A stretch of DNA of 64,000 nucleotides from the IMG/VR virus record IMGVR_UViG_3300029705_000042. One strand, written 5' to 3'. Made by a program: the position numbers and the translations under genes. Positions 49,842 through 61,031 of this stretch are shown piece by piece (positions within the stretch are counted from its first letter, which is position 1; the number at the start of each line of letters is the position of its first letter). Source of the DNA: a virus (lineage: Duplodnaviria; Caudoviricetes). Below the pieces are notes generated by a model that was not told the DNA's origin, made no database searches, and saw only the letters and a program-made list of their open reading frames with translations.

Positions 49842-51620
49842 ATGGAAAAAAAGAAATCTGAAAAGCAATTAGCCAATGAAAAATCTGAACGAATCATGCA
49901 AGGCGTTGCTTATTGGGCTAGTTTCTATCGTCATTAGCAAAATCCTCAAAGATTTGTTAAAGAATATTTAAATATTAATTTAAAATTATTTCAAAAAATA
50001 TTATTATATATGATGATGTGTTGCAACTACTTTATGTATTTGGCGGCACGAGGTCAGGGCAAGACCTTTTTAACTGCGCTCTTCTGTGTAGTTAGGTGTA
50101 TTTTATTCCCCAAAACAAAGATTTGTGTGGCTTCTGCAACTAGAACTCAAGCAAATGAAGTTCTTCTTAAAATAACAGACGATTTTATGAAGAATTATGG
50201 ATGGGGTTCGGAAAATCTAAGACGAGAAATTACATATGCGTCGGTGGGTGCAAATAAAGCAGTCATTGAGTTTGCTAATGGTTCTTGGATAAGGGTTGTT
50301 ACCGCTTCAGATAGTGGGCGAGGTGCGAGATGTAATATACTTCTCGTAGATGAGTTCCGTATGGTTGACTTAGATACAATCAATACCGTTCTTAGAAGAT
50401 TTTTAACGGCACCAAGACAGCCTAATTATTTAAACAATCCAAAGTATGCGCATTTATTGGAACGAAACAAGGAATTCTATATGAGTTCTTGTTGGTATAA
50501 ATCGCATTGGTCTTTTGAAAAAGCAAAAGCATATGTAGTGAATATGCTTGATGAAACAAAAAAATATTTTATATGTGGTCTTCCCTATCAAATTTCAATT
50601 AAAGAAGGATTGTTGTCAAGAGAGCAAATTGAAGATGAAATGTCCGAATCTGATTTTGACCCAATGAAGTTTGCAATGGAAATGGAATGTCTTTGGCACG
50701 GCGATACAGATGGCGCCTTTTTTACATTTGATGACATATCAAGTCGTAGAAAGTTAAAAACTGCTATTTATCCCACTTCTTTGATTGGTAATAGTAGAAA
50801 CTTAAAAATACCAGATTTGGTTCCAAACGAACGTAGAATATTATCAGTGGATATAGCTCTAATGGCTTCTAAAAAGCAGAACAATGACGCAAGTGCAATT
50901 ATTATTAATAGTGCTATTCCTACAAACAATGATAACTATACATCTAATATTATATATATGGAAAATCACGAAGGTTTAACCACTGATGAGTTGGCATTGG
51001 TGGTTCGTAGATTGTACGATATGTATAAATGTACAGATTTAGTTGTGGATACAAATGGTGTTGGACTTTCCGTATTTGATATGCTTATACAAGATATAGT
51101 TGACCCAACTACTGGTGAACTATACCCCGCCCTCTCTTGTTGTAATGATAAGGCTATGGCAGAGAGATGCAAGGTTGATAATGCGCCCAAAGTGATTTGG
51201 TCGATTAAAGCAAGTGCGGCATTCAACAATGAGATTTGTACTCTTCTTCGTAGTGGATTCCAAAACGGAAAAATCAATTTGCTTGTTTCAGAATTTGAAG
51301 CCGAGGAAATTTTAAAAGACAAAATTAAAGGTTTTAACAAAATGCCAGCTTACGAACAGATGCAATATAAGTTGCCTTATATTCAAACAACACTGCTTGT
51401 TTATGAGTTGATAAACCTTGAATATGAGATAAAAGGTACAAATGTAAAGATTACTGAAAAAAGTGGTATGCGTAAGGATAGATATTCTTCTCTTGCGTAT
51501 AACTATTGGGTTCAATGTCAGCTTGAACGAGAAATGTTAAGAAAACAAAAAACTGGGTTTAATGCTTCTGATTATGCGTCAAAGTTGAGAAGATTAAATC
51601 ATCGTCCTACGACTTATTAA
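49842..51620 (+). CDS. terL: Terminase large subunit with an in-frame TAG at 49935-49937
   Basis: Walker A AARGQGKT, Walker B LLVDEFR, nuclease motifs SVDIA, VVDTNG and KDRYSS. The frame extends upstream of 50010 to an RBS-preceded ATG at 49842 across one amber codon. Confidence 0.85.
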
Positions 51621-51682
51621 AGTATGACAAATAAAATTACAAATAATAAATTAAATTCTAAAGAAAGGGGTGAGATATCGTT

Positions 51683-53236
51683 TTGAGTAATGAAAAAGAT
51701 AATATACAAAGTATAGATATTCCTATTTATACAGAGTCAGATTATAAAAATGACCAAAGTAAATTTGAAGAATCTATGAAAACGGGCAAAGTTGATTTTA
51801 AAAATTTTCAACGCCTAATGATAAGAGATATTTGTACTAATACGAGCGTTATTGAGACTGGTTGTATTGGCGATGTGAGTTTAAAAGATGTGGAACTTGC
51901 ATTAAAGCATCCCAAACAAGGTTGGAAGATATTGTTAGACGCTTCTAATGAATTAATGCGTATCTCTCCCCACTACTTTAGAATGAATAATCTGTATTCT
52001 AATATGGCTTTGTTCTGTTGGTGGATAGATTTATATGATGTTAAAGATAATGCACAGATTGATAAAATAAAGAAAACTTATGCTGCCCTTGCTGCTAAGT
52101 TGGAGAGTATGAACCTAAAACACGAATTTTCTAAAATAATGAAGGTTATACCTTATCAAGATATTTATTGTGGATTAGTGTTTGAAAATCAATCAGACTT
52201 TTTCTTTCAACAGATAAATTACAAGATTTGTGAATTATGTGAAATTCAAGATGGTTTGTATAATTTTAGAATAGACTTAACTAAAATAGACGCTACAAAT
52301 CTCACCGCATATCCCGACTATGTTCAACAGGCGTGGGTGGATTTAAGAGATAAAAAAGTCAATCCAAATATTGTCGGTCAATGGTATAAACCATCTGCTG
52401 ACAAGCAAATTTGTTTAAAGATGAATAGTCAGTGGATTTACCCCTACCCTATTCTTATTGGATTAATTAAGGATATTCTTAATTTGGATGTTTATAAGAA
52501 ATTAAAATTGCAATCCGCAAGAACGGATAATTATAAGGCGATTGCCGTTGAGGTGCCTATTGATGAGAATACGGTTGATAAGCCTTTGCTTACTCCAGAT
52601 ACACTTGGAATTTTTGCTGAAATTAATAGAGAAAGTATGACTGACGATATTGGTCTTATTCACACACTTGGTTCAAGTGCTACACCTATTAGTTTTAAAG
52701 ACTCAAGCAATACAAGAAATAATGTTAGCGATGCCGTAGATGAAATTTATAATTCGTCTGGTATTAGTAAAGAAATGTACAATGGTAGTTCATCTGGTAC
52801 AGCTCTAACACTTTCTATTGAAAATGATTCTGGATTTATATATGGATTATATAGACAATTTGAGCGTTGGACTAACCGTTTGATTAAGATTAGAAAATAT
52901 AATAAATCAGCATTTAAATTTTTATTCTATCTTGTAGATGTTACTATTTTTAATAGAGATAATGTTTCTAAGAGATATAAAGAAGCGGCAAGCTTAGGCG
53001 CTTCTGTTATTGACAAATGGCTTGCTACGCTTGATATGACACCTTCTCGTACATTAGGTTCGTTTGTGTTACACAAAGATGTTTTTGATTTTCAAAATAA
53101 CTTTGTGCCGCTTCAATCTTCATTTAATAGTTCTATGGAGGGAGAGGTTGGCAGACCGACCAATGAGAGTAAAGGGAAAACGCTTGATGAAGCTGGCGAA
53201 AAAACAAAAGACCTTGATTCAAACATAGATAGATAA
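51683..53236 (+). CDS. Portal protein
   Basis: 517 aa directly after terL; C-terminal GRP motif; synteny. Confidence 0.7.
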   Translation: MSNEKDNIQSIDIPIYTESDYKNDQSKFEESMKTGKVDFKNFQRLMIRDICTNTSVIETGCIGDVSLKDVELALKHPKQGWKILLDASNELMRISPHYFRMNNLYSNMALFCWWIDLYDVKDNAQIDKIKKTYAALAAKLESMNLKHEFSKIMKVIPYQDIYCGLVFENQSDFFFQQINYKICELCEIQDGLYNFRIDLTKIDATNLTAYPDYVQQAWVDLRDKKVNPNIVGQWYKPSADKQICLKMNSQWIYPYPILIGLIKDILNLDVYKKLKLQSARTDNYKAIAVEVPIDENTVDKPLLTPDTLGIFAEINRESMTDDIGLIHTLGSSATPISFKDSSNTRNNVSDAVDEIYNSSGISKEMYNGSSSGTALTLSIENDSGFIYGLYRQFERWTNRLIKIRKYNKSAFKFLFYLVDVTIFNRDNVSKRYKEAASLGASVIDKWLATLDMTPSRTLGSFVLHKDVFDFQNNFVPLQSSFNSSMEGEVGRPTNESKGKTLDEAGEKTKDLDSNIDR

Positions 53237-53241
53237 TTTAA

Positions 53242-53457
53242 TTGATATTCGAAGGAGTTGTAAAAATGAATGAATGTTTATTTTGTTGTAAAGGAAAACG
53301 ATTAGCCAATTATTTACTTGAACATAATTGTAAGTTAATAAGAATTGATTGTGACCAGAAATCAGAAGGATTTCTGGTCTTTATTTTTGAAAAAAGTCAA
53401 AATCTTAAAGATGCTTTACAATCTTGGAAAATAGATAAAAGTACTTATTTGTTTTAA
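53242..53457 (+). CDS. Small DUF5659-like protein
   Basis: CKGKRLANYLLE...LVFIFEK...LKDALQSW. Confidence 0.55.
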   Translation: MIFEGVVKMNECLFCCKGKRLANYLLEHNCKLIRIDCDQKSEGFLVFIFEKSQNLKDALQSWKIDKSTYLF

Positions 53458-53477
53458 TAGTTATGTTTTAGAAGGAG

Positions 53478-54206
53478 ATGTTTCGTATGTTTAATGAAAA
53501 AACTAATAAATATGAAGGCTATATTTATTGTATATATAACACAATGAATTTTAGCGGATATATTGGGCAGACGATTAGAAGCGTAGAGATGCGATTTAAG
53601 TCGCATAAGTCCAGTAGTAAAAATATAAACAAATCAATTTATTTATATTCAGATGTAAGAACTTTCGGATGGGATATTTTCGATGTTTTTGAAGTTGAAA
53701 AAATCGAAGCCGATACTTTATCTGAGTTAAAAATATTACTTAATGAAAAGGAAATTTTTTATATTGCAAAATATAACACTTTATACCCTAATGGATACAA
53801 TATTTCAAAGGGTGGATGGATTTTAGGTAATACTTTTGAAAGTTGCAAGGTTTACAAGTTTGATTTAGATGGCAACTTACTATCGGAATATCAGTCTATA
53901 ACAGATGCCGCAGAAAACAATCATCTAAATCAATCTGATATATCTAACTGTTGTAATAATAAAAAAGTTGCTACTGTTGGTGGGTTTTATTGGTCTAAAA
54001 ATAGAGTGTTGAACAAATCTAAAATCAATACTCAAAAGAAAAGAATAGTTATGATGGATGCAAACGAAAATATAATTAGAGAATTTAATTCTGCAACCGA
54101 CGCTTCTCTGATTTTATTTAATAATAAAAGTAAGCGTTCTGCTATTTCAAAGTGTTTGACGGGCAACAATAAAACCGCTTTTGGTTATATATGGCGATAT
54201 AAATAA
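53478..54206 (+). CDS. GIY-YIG homing endonuclease with NUMOD1-like repeats
   Basis: GYIYCIYN...YIGQT...RFKSH...E...NGYN; two C-terminal S..DA...IS.C...GF/YxW repeats. Confidence 0.85.
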   Translation: MFRMFNEKTNKYEGYIYCIYNTMNFSGYIGQTIRSVEMRFKSHKSSSKNINKSIYLYSDVRTFGWDIFDVFEVEKIEADTLSELKILLNEKEIFYIAKYNTLYPNGYNISKGGWILGNTFESCKVYKFDLDGNLLSEYQSITDAAENNHLNQSDISNCCNNKKVATVGGFYWSKNRVLNKSKINTQKKRIVMMDANENIIREFNSATDASLILFNNKSKRSAISKCLTGNNKTAFGYIWRYK

Positions 54207-54219
54207 AGGTGATGGTCAT

Positions 54220-55743
54220 ATGATTAAAAGCAGATTGTCGCTTCCTATTTGTTTTGAAGTTAATAATGAGATATCTAATGCAGATGAGCGTTTTATTAAT
54301 GTTACCATTGATGTCTTGCATACTGGTCTTAATTTTAACGGAAGTATTTTTGACAAAGAAATTGTCGATGAGAATATTGAGACAATCAAAAACACTCCCA
54401 TTTTAGGTTTCATTTCCGAAGATTCTTATGTTGGCAAAGACTTTAAAGGACATGAATATATCATAACAAAAACAGATAAAGATGGTATTACACGCAAATA
54501 TATAGGAAGTGCTTATGGCGTGGTTCCAGAATCATGCAATCCTCGCTGGATAACAAAGATGTGTGATGATGGACAAGAAAGAGAGTTTTTACAAGTTGAC
54601 GGCTTGTTATGGACAAAATTTAATGATGCAACAGATATTATGCTTAGAGATATTGAAAAGTCACATTCAATGGAATTGTACCCAAAAAATATTGATGGCT
54701 ACGAAGATGATGATGGCAATTTTATATTTACTAAATTTAGTTTTGATGGATGTTGTATTTTAGGAATGTCTAAAGACCCAGCTATGATTAACTCTACTAT
54801 CGAAGTTCAGTTTACAATGAGTGATTTTGTAAAGAACATTCAAAGTGAACTTAACGATAAATATAGTGCGTTTGAAAAAATAACAAACGACAAAGCTTTC
54901 ACCAAAATGGTGAATAAAAAAACTAATCAAGGAGGTATTAAAACTATGTCGAATACGGATTTTACTCAGACTCTTTTGGCGCAGTTTGAAGATATTTCCA
55001 CGATGGTAAGAGAACATGAGGTCACAAGGGATAGATGGGGAGATTCGGTTCCTCGCTATTATGCTGTTGATGTTCAGGAGAACGAAGTAATTGTTGTAGA
55101 TAGAGAGTCTGGATACAATTATTTTGGTTTCGTATTTACCATAAATGGTGATAAGCCCGAAATAGATTTCACCAGTGGGAAGAGAAAGAAGCTTCGTTAT
55201 GAAGACTATGTTGAGGGTGCCACGACTCCCGAAGGTGGCTTTGATTTTGGTAATCATATTTCTGAAGTTGAAGAGACTGCCTTTACTAAGGTTGAGGAAG
55301 CAAACACAAAAGTTTCTGAAGCTGAAGGCAAAGTTTCTGAGCTTGAATCAAAGGCTTCCGAATTTGAAACAGCTAAGAACGAGATTGAAGAGAAGTTCAA
55401 TCAGATTAATGCTGAATTTGAAGAAATGAAGCCCAAGTACGAGGATTATGTAAGAGCTGAACAGGCTCGCATTGAAGCTGAGTTAGATGCTCAGAAAGAT
55501 GCAGAATTCGCTAAGTATGAATCTGTTTTAATTGACGATATTAATTTTGCCGCTCTTAAAGAAAAGAAGGCTGAAATGTCGGTTAAAGAGATTGAAAGCG
55601 AATGTGCAATTTTGTATGCAAGAAAGAATCTTGCGACCAACTTTAGTAAGCCTAACGATGATGCTATGACCGCAGGACTTGTTGATGATGGCGAGAAAAA
55701 CGGTTTTGTTGCAACTAAGTATGGCTATGTTCGTAAATCATAA
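54220..55743 (+). CDS. Prohead protease / scaffold fusion
   Basis: N-terminal H.G.N.NGS.F, HSME, GCCILG...PAM; acidic coiled-coil C-terminus; lies between portal and capsid. Confidence 0.7.
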   Translation: MIKSRLSLPICFEVNNEISNADERFINVTIDVLHTGLNFNGSIFDKEIVDENIETIKNTPILGFISEDSYVGKDFKGHEYIITKTDKDGITRKYIGSAYGVVPESCNPRWITKMCDDGQEREFLQVDGLLWTKFNDATDIMLRDIEKSHSMELYPKNIDGYEDDDGNFIFTKFSFDGCCILGMSKDPAMINSTIEVQFTMSDFVKNIQSELNDKYSAFEKITNDKAFTKMVNKKTNQGGIKTMSNTDFTQTLLAQFEDISTMVREHEVTRDRWGDSVPRYYAVDVQENEVIVVDRESGYNYFGFVFTINGDKPEIDFTSGKRKKLRYEDYVEGATTPEGGFDFGNHISEVEETAFTKVEEANTKVSEAEGKVSELESKASEFETAKNEIEEKFNQINAEFEEMKPKYEDYVRAEQARIEAELDAQKDAEFAKYESVLIDDINFAALKEKKAEMSVKEIESECAILYARKNLATNFSKPNDDAMTAGLVDDGEKNGFVATKYGYVRKS

Positions 55744-55784
55744 TAATTATTTTAATTTGTTTTATTTTTAAGGAGGAATTTAAT

Positions 55785-56357
55785 ATGGCTATTGATATGT
55801 CTAGAATCCATACAGTCGTAGACTCTGTGAACATGGCTTCGACCAAATATGCAGAAAGAATTTTTGATTGTGTGGCAGATGTTGATTTGGACAACGGTAC
55901 TTTTGGCTATATGGCTGAACTTGTTGACCGTAATATTTATAAGTTTATACCTGGCACTAAGGCTGGTGAGAAAGTGCTTATGGTGGATGTTCCTGCATGG
56001 GACGAGGACGAGTCTAGCGTTTTGAATCAGCGCAGAAATCGTTTCTATATTCCTGCTGGTACACCTTTCCGTGCTCGTGTTGTTAAGGCAAACGACGAGT
56101 TCGGTATTACTATTGAGGGTGTTTCAGCAGATACTCAGACCATACTTTCTGAGCAGACTGATTTTATGGCTAATGATGTGTTTCTGACTGTTGGCAACGA
56201 TGGTAAGCTTGTTGCTTCTGCTACTTCTACTGATGGCGCTATTATGGAAGCTCGTGTTGAGCGTAAGCGTCTTATGGGTGCAAAGCTCATTACTCCTCTT
56301 CGTCAGTATGGCAGTGACAACTTTATGTACGAAGCTCGCATCAAGGTTTTAGCTTAA
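55785..56357 (+). CDS. Head decoration/cement protein (putative)
   Basis: Position immediately before the major capsid gene; strong RBS. Confidence 0.55.
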   Translation: MAIDMSRIHTVVDSVNMASTKYAERIFDCVADVDLDNGTFGYMAELVDRNIYKFIPGTKAGEKVLMVDVPAWDEDESSVLNQRRNRFYIPAGTPFRARVVKANDEFGITIEGVSADTQTILSEQTDFMANDVFLTVGNDGKLVASATSTDGAIMEARVERKRLMGAKLITPLRQYGSDNFMYEARIKVLA

Positions 56358-56376
56358 TTTAAGGAGGTAATAGATT

Positions 56377-57399
56377 ATGACAAATTTTAGTGCTGAACAG
56401 AATCATGTATTTTCTCTTGCCGCAGACCTTGTTAGCGGCAACTATTCTCTTGAGGGCGGTCTTACCAAAAAGGATTTAGAGAACCATCTTCGTGAATCTA
56501 TTAACAAGGACATTTTTGGCGGTCTGACCTTTGAACAGGCTCTCCGTCGTAATAAGAATACCGTATATGAGGTTATGGAGCAGATTACCGATATTGTTGT
56601 TGGCGAGAATGTTCTTAAGAGCGCATTCGTTGACCAGTTTGTAGAGGTTAAGAACCGTGTGTTTGGAGACCGTACTGATTGGGTTACTCAGGGTGATTCT
56701 CTGCTTACCGTTGCTTCTTTTGCTGGTAATCACTGGGACACCAACCGTCAGTCCTTCGACTCTGGTGAGAAGTTCACCCTTCCTTCCGAGTGGGCGTTTA
56801 TCCATGTATATATGGAATTTGAGCGTTTTATGCTTGGCATTGAGTCTTTTGATAAGCTGACCAATGCTATCACTAAGTCTTTTGAAGCGTTCATTAACGA
56901 GCGTGTCTTTGCACAGTTCCACAATATTGCTTCCGCCGTTCCTTCTGAATTTGTTTACAATGGCAACGATGAGGACGCAATTCTTGGTCTTTGCGAGAAG
57001 CTTGAGGTATTTGGCGGTTACAACAACATGACAATTTGTGGTACTCAGGGCGCTCTTCGTAAACTTGGCAATATCCTCCCCGTTGAGATTCTTCCTGAAT
57101 CTTTGAAGGAGCAGCGTGCTCTTACTGGTGCATATGGCGTATGGAATGGCTATAATTGTATGCGTATTCCGCAGGTAAAGAAGAACGACGCATTTGAGCT
57201 TGCTCTTGATAACAATAAGCTGTTTGTTATCGGTGCCGATACTAAGCCCATTAAGCTTGAGTACATTGGTGGCACTCGTGCAAAAATGATTGATGATGAG
57301 AAAGTTAACAACGACCTTACTCTTGACCTTCAGGTTCAGACTAAGTTTGCGCTTGGAACTCTTCTTCCTAAGTATTTCGGAGTCATTAATTTGGCTTAA
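56377..57399 (+). CDS. Major capsid protein
   Basis: 340 aa, strong RBS, highly biased codons; synteny protease-decoration-MCP. Confidence 0.75.
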   Translation: MTNFSAEQNHVFSLAADLVSGNYSLEGGLTKKDLENHLRESINKDIFGGLTFEQALRRNKNTVYEVMEQITDIVVGENVLKSAFVDQFVEVKNRVFGDRTDWVTQGDSLLTVASFAGNHWDTNRQSFDSGEKFTLPSEWAFIHVYMEFERFMLGIESFDKLTNAITKSFEAFINERVFAQFHNIASAVPSEFVYNGNDEDAILGLCEKLEVFGGYNNMTICGTQGALRKLGNILPVEILPESLKEQRALTGAYGVWNGYNCMRIPQVKKNDAFELALDNNKLFVIGADTKPIKLEYIGGTRAKMIDDEKVNNDLTLDLQVQTKFALGTLLPKYFGVINLA

Positions 57400-57445
57400 T
57401 AATTAAAGTTATATTATTTGAATTTATAAGAAAGGTGGTTTAGCT

Positions 57446-58000
57446 ATGGCTTCACAAAAAGGAAACGCTAAACTCACTGTTGATACAGTGGATGAAAATA
57501 TGGATGTAAAAGTTGAACACAAAGTAGATGTTGAGAAGAATATTAAAAAGGAAAAGCCTCTTGACAAAGATGACATAATCGAAGTTGTTTCGCTTGTTCC
57601 TAATGTTAGTTATGAAGATAAGAAATCTGGCGATATCTATAAATGGGAAAAGTCTGGTGAAATTGTTGAAATGACTTTTGATGTTATTAATTATATGCAT
57701 CAAAATTATAAGACATATTTTAAGTCAATGTGGATTAAACCTCTTGATAATCGAGTTGTTAAGAAATTCGGTTTGGAATCTACTTATCGAGATTATGATT
57801 TCTTAATGGATGCTTCTAATTATACCAGAAAGAATGTTAATGAGATTTGTGATAGTATTCGTAAAACTCCTCAGTCTCTTAAGTTTGCAATTTGCAACAG
57901 AATTAAGAGTCTTGTTTCTTCTGGTGAAATTTCTGATATTCTCATTCTTCGTGAAATCGAAAAGAGTCTCAACATTGATTTAATCCCTTTGATTGGTTAA
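57446..58000 (+). CDS. Hypothetical virion-module protein
   Basis: Synteny after the MCP. Confidence 0.6.
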   Translation: MASQKGNAKLTVDTVDENMDVKVEHKVDVEKNIKKEKPLDKDDIIEVVSLVPNVSYEDKKSGDIYKWEKSGEIVEMTFDVINYMHQNYKTYFKSMWIKPLDNRVVKKFGLESTYRDYDFLMDASNYTRKNVNEICDSIRKTPQSLKFAICNRIKSLVSSGEISDILILREIEKSLNIDLIPLIG

Positions 58001-58023
58001 TAAATAAAATTTGAGAGGTAGAT

Positions 58024-58488
58024 ATGATGGCTACTTCATATGAAAAACTTTACGAAAATCTTTTACCCAAATTTCGTAGTTATGAAATACCACTCATGTC
58101 TACTGAAGAAGTAAAAGATTATTTACACGATTTTCTTATACCTGCGATATCAAGATTTCATGTTTGTCGTAAGGACTTAAATGACAGAGATGATATCTTG
58201 CAAAGGTTTAATGTTGAGTTGTCGGATACAGAGATTGAAATATTGAGCAATTATATGCTTATTGAGTATATTGATTCTGCATATATAAGAGTTCCTTCTT
58301 TATTGCAGAAACAGATGCCTTCGAGTGATTTCAAAGTGTTTTCTGATGCTAATATGATTGATAAATTGATGGCAATGCATACAACCTATGTGAAAGAAAA
58401 TGAAACTCTTCTCTCTCGCTATGCGTGGATGGGAGCAAAAGAATTAGGCGTGAAGCTTGGTGCTGGATATAAGAAAGCAAAATTTTAA
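58024..58488 (+). CDS. Putative head-tail connector/adaptor
   Basis: Size, position and LSDTEIEILS motif. Confidence 0.5.
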   Translation: MMATSYEKLYENLLPKFRSYEIPLMSTEEVKDYLHDFLIPAISRFHVCRKDLNDRDDILQRFNVELSDTEIEILSNYMLIEYIDSAYIRVPSLLQKQMPSSDFKVFSDANMIDKLMAMHTTYVKENETLLSRYAWMGAKELGVKLGAGYKKAKF

Positions 58489-58518
58489 TAATAATTTAAA
58501 TGAAAGGTGGTGGGTCAC

Positions 58519-59601
58519 ATGAAATGTTTAGATAGATTTAATAAACGAATGAATTTAAGTGGTGGGTCTCTTAGAGAAGAATATATTTTTAATACGAGAG
58601 AGTTGTTAAATGAAACATTTACAGACGACCCATCCTTTACATTTGGAATATATTTTTGGAGATTAGGTTTAAAAGAATACATTCACGAAAAGCCGATTGG
58701 TATTAGATTGTATGGTAGGGCATTTTCTGCTGCTAATGGTGTAACTGTTAAGTTTCAAACACCTTATGATACTCCTGTAGTTGTTGGAGATATCATATAT
58801 GATGCTAACAAAGACGAATATTTGATTTGTACAGAAGCGTTTGATATTGATGGTATGCATTATAAAGGCAAATTTACTCTTTGTAACTGGATATTAAAGT
58901 GGCAGAAGAAGGATGGTACAATTTTGGAGTATCCTTGTCATGACATGAACTCTACACAGTACAACTCTGGTGAACAGTCTAATAGAAACTTTGTAATTGG
59001 TTCATCTCAGCATATGCTTACATTGCCTTGCGATGAAAATACTATGGAGTTAAGTACTCCACAAAGATTTTATCTCGATAAGGCTACAGTCAATCCTACT
59101 TCCTTTATTGTAACTCAGAATGATACTACGAGTTATAATTACGGCAAGAAAGGTTTAGTTAAAGTTACGGTATATGAATATCCAAACAACTCTGCTACTG
59201 ACAGACCCGATTTAGGTATTTGTGATTATATTGATATGACGAATCAAAATGCGAGTAAAACAGAGATTGTTCAAACTATAAGTATAAATTCTAATAGAGC
59301 GCTTAAAGCGGTTATTGATTATAATACTACGGTTATTAAATCTGGTGGTGACTCGCAGATGTTTATTGGTAAATTCTATGACGAAAAGGGGAATGAGGTT
59401 CAAGGCGTAACGCCGCATTGGACTGTGACTTGCCCTTTCTTTGATAAATTGACAGTGGAAGAATTTGATAACGGATTGAGTATAGGGATAGATGACGATG
59501 CTTATATTGACGAGGAATTTAAGATAACTCTTTCGGATAAAAATAAAGATAGTGATGTCACCCCCTCCTCTCTGCTTATCAGAATTGAGTCGTTGTTGTA
59601 A
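58519..59601 (+). CDS. Putative head-closure/neck protein with Ig-like C-terminus
   Basis: Position; beta-rich sequence. Confidence 0.45.
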   Translation: MKCLDRFNKRMNLSGGSLREEYIFNTRELLNETFTDDPSFTFGIYFWRLGLKEYIHEKPIGIRLYGRAFSAANGVTVKFQTPYDTPVVVGDIIYDANKDEYLICTEAFDIDGMHYKGKFTLCNWILKWQKKDGTILEYPCHDMNSTQYNSGEQSNRNFVIGSSQHMLTLPCDENTMELSTPQRFYLDKATVNPTSFIVTQNDTTSYNYGKKGLVKVTVYEYPNNSATDRPDLGICDYIDMTNQNASKTEIVQTISINSNRALKAVIDYNTTVIKSGGDSQMFIGKFYDEKGNEVQGVTPHWTVTCPFFDKLTVEEFDNGLSIGIDDDAYIDEEFKITLSDKNKDSDVTPSSLLIRIESLL

Positions 59602-60110
59602 TGGCTAATAGTTCAATTATTAAAAAAGCGAAAAATAAGATTGTTAAAGAATTTATCAAAGATGCTGATATTGTAGCCGCTATAAATAGTAGTACAGTAA
59701 AACCTAATGAATCCGAAAAACTTATTAATACACATATTTTCAATTATAATCAGAATCCCCACACTCTGAATATAGTTGGAACATTTATAACTATACAGGT
59801 TCACATACCTCACGATTATTATACTGATTATAAAGCCGCTGCTAATCGTGTAAGACCTACTATCGAAATTTGGATTATATCACACGAAAAACATATGGTT
59901 GTTGATAATGTACCAAAAGTTACTCAAAATCGAAATGATTATTTGTCTGAATTGATTGATAATAAGGTAAATGGCAAGACTGGTATTGGTATTGGTGAAA
60001 CAATATTGTTGAGCAATATTGAAGGCTCTTTTCAACAAGATTATTTATTTAGAAAGATGATATTCCAATGTACGGACTTGAACTGGTCTTTATGTGAAGA
60101 AGACGGGTAA
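59601..60110 (+). CDS. Putative tail terminator/neck protein
   Basis: Position; translationally coupled to the upstream gene. Confidence 0.4.
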   Translation: MANSSIIKKAKNKIVKEFIKDADIVAAINSSTVKPNESEKLINTHIFNYNQNPHTLNIVGTFITIQVHIPHDYYTDYKAAANRVRPTIEIWIISHEKHMVVDNVPKVTQNRNDYLSELIDNKVNGKTGIGIGETILLSNIEGSFQQDYLFRKMIFQCTDLNWSLCEEDG

Positions 60111-60130
60111 GGTAAAATGGATGAGGTAAT

Positions 60131-60964
60131 GTGGAAATGTTTGATATAGATGAACTTAAAATTTATAGAGGTTCTGACATACCGATTACTGATAAAATTA
60201 TTGTCACACAACCTACGATTGACCAAATTATAGAGTTTGGTGAGAAACGATATTTGCAAACAGTACATTGTTTGACTGGCGTAGGCGCCGATTTTAAGTG
60301 GCAATTATGGGATTACTTTAATATTGATTATACTACGATTGACGACTATGAATTGTTTAAGAAAATGATTTGGAGAAGTCTTTCGAGTAAGAAACATATC
60401 CATAAAGAATTAACAGAAAATCGGGAAAAATATGCAGAACAATTAAAAAATATATCAGAAGAGGAATTGACTGAAATGTTAGTTAACCCCCTCTCTTTGA
60501 TTTTAAAAGATATTGACTTGGCTGATTTTGAAGAATATGAGTCGGATAAGTGTTCAGAAACTATTTTATATGACAAAGAACACGATATAACTATTGATAG
60601 ATTTGTATATATGAGAATCGTTGATGCTGTCAGAAAAATTCACGGTTTTAAGCGGAACAATCAAATGCCCGCTAATGAAAGAACCAAGATGGATTTAATT
60701 GACGACGCAAGAGACGAAGCTATGATGGCTGCTCAAAAAGAATATAAGAGCGTGTTGCAACCTCTTATTTCTGCTTTGGCTGTTAAAACAGGGCAATTGG
60801 GCAGTGATAGCATTTGGAATACAAAGATTTATATGTTCTTTGATAGTATAAAAAGAATTAATAAAATACAGGATGCCACTTTGTTGTTACAAGGTGTTTA
60901 TTCTGGCTTCGCTAGTCTTAAGGGTGTTGATAAAACACGACTTGATTGGATGGGCGAAATATAA
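60131..60964 (+). CDS. Hypothetical virion-module protein
   Basis: 277-aa ORF. Confidence 0.6.
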   Translation: MEMFDIDELKIYRGSDIPITDKIIVTQPTIDQIIEFGEKRYLQTVHCLTGVGADFKWQLWDYFNIDYTTIDDYELFKKMIWRSLSSKKHIHKELTENREKYAEQLKNISEEELTEMLVNPLSLILKDIDLADFEEYESDKCSETILYDKEHDITIDRFVYMRIVDAVRKIHGFKRNNQMPANERTKMDLIDDARDEAMMAAQKEYKSVLQPLISALAVKTGQLGSDSIWNTKIYMFFDSIKRINKIQDATLLLQGVYSGFASLKGVDKTRLDWMGEI

Positions 60965-61031
60965 AAAATATATAACTGACAAAAGTTATTATACATTAAA
61001 TTAATAAATTGAATTAAAGGAGATATATATT

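Noticed and set aside
49935-49937. Genome-wide TAG recoding (genetic code 15)
   Set aside because: The other late genes are uninterrupted in code 11, TAG appears to end genes at 15431 and 21613, and neither tRNA in the window is a suppressor.
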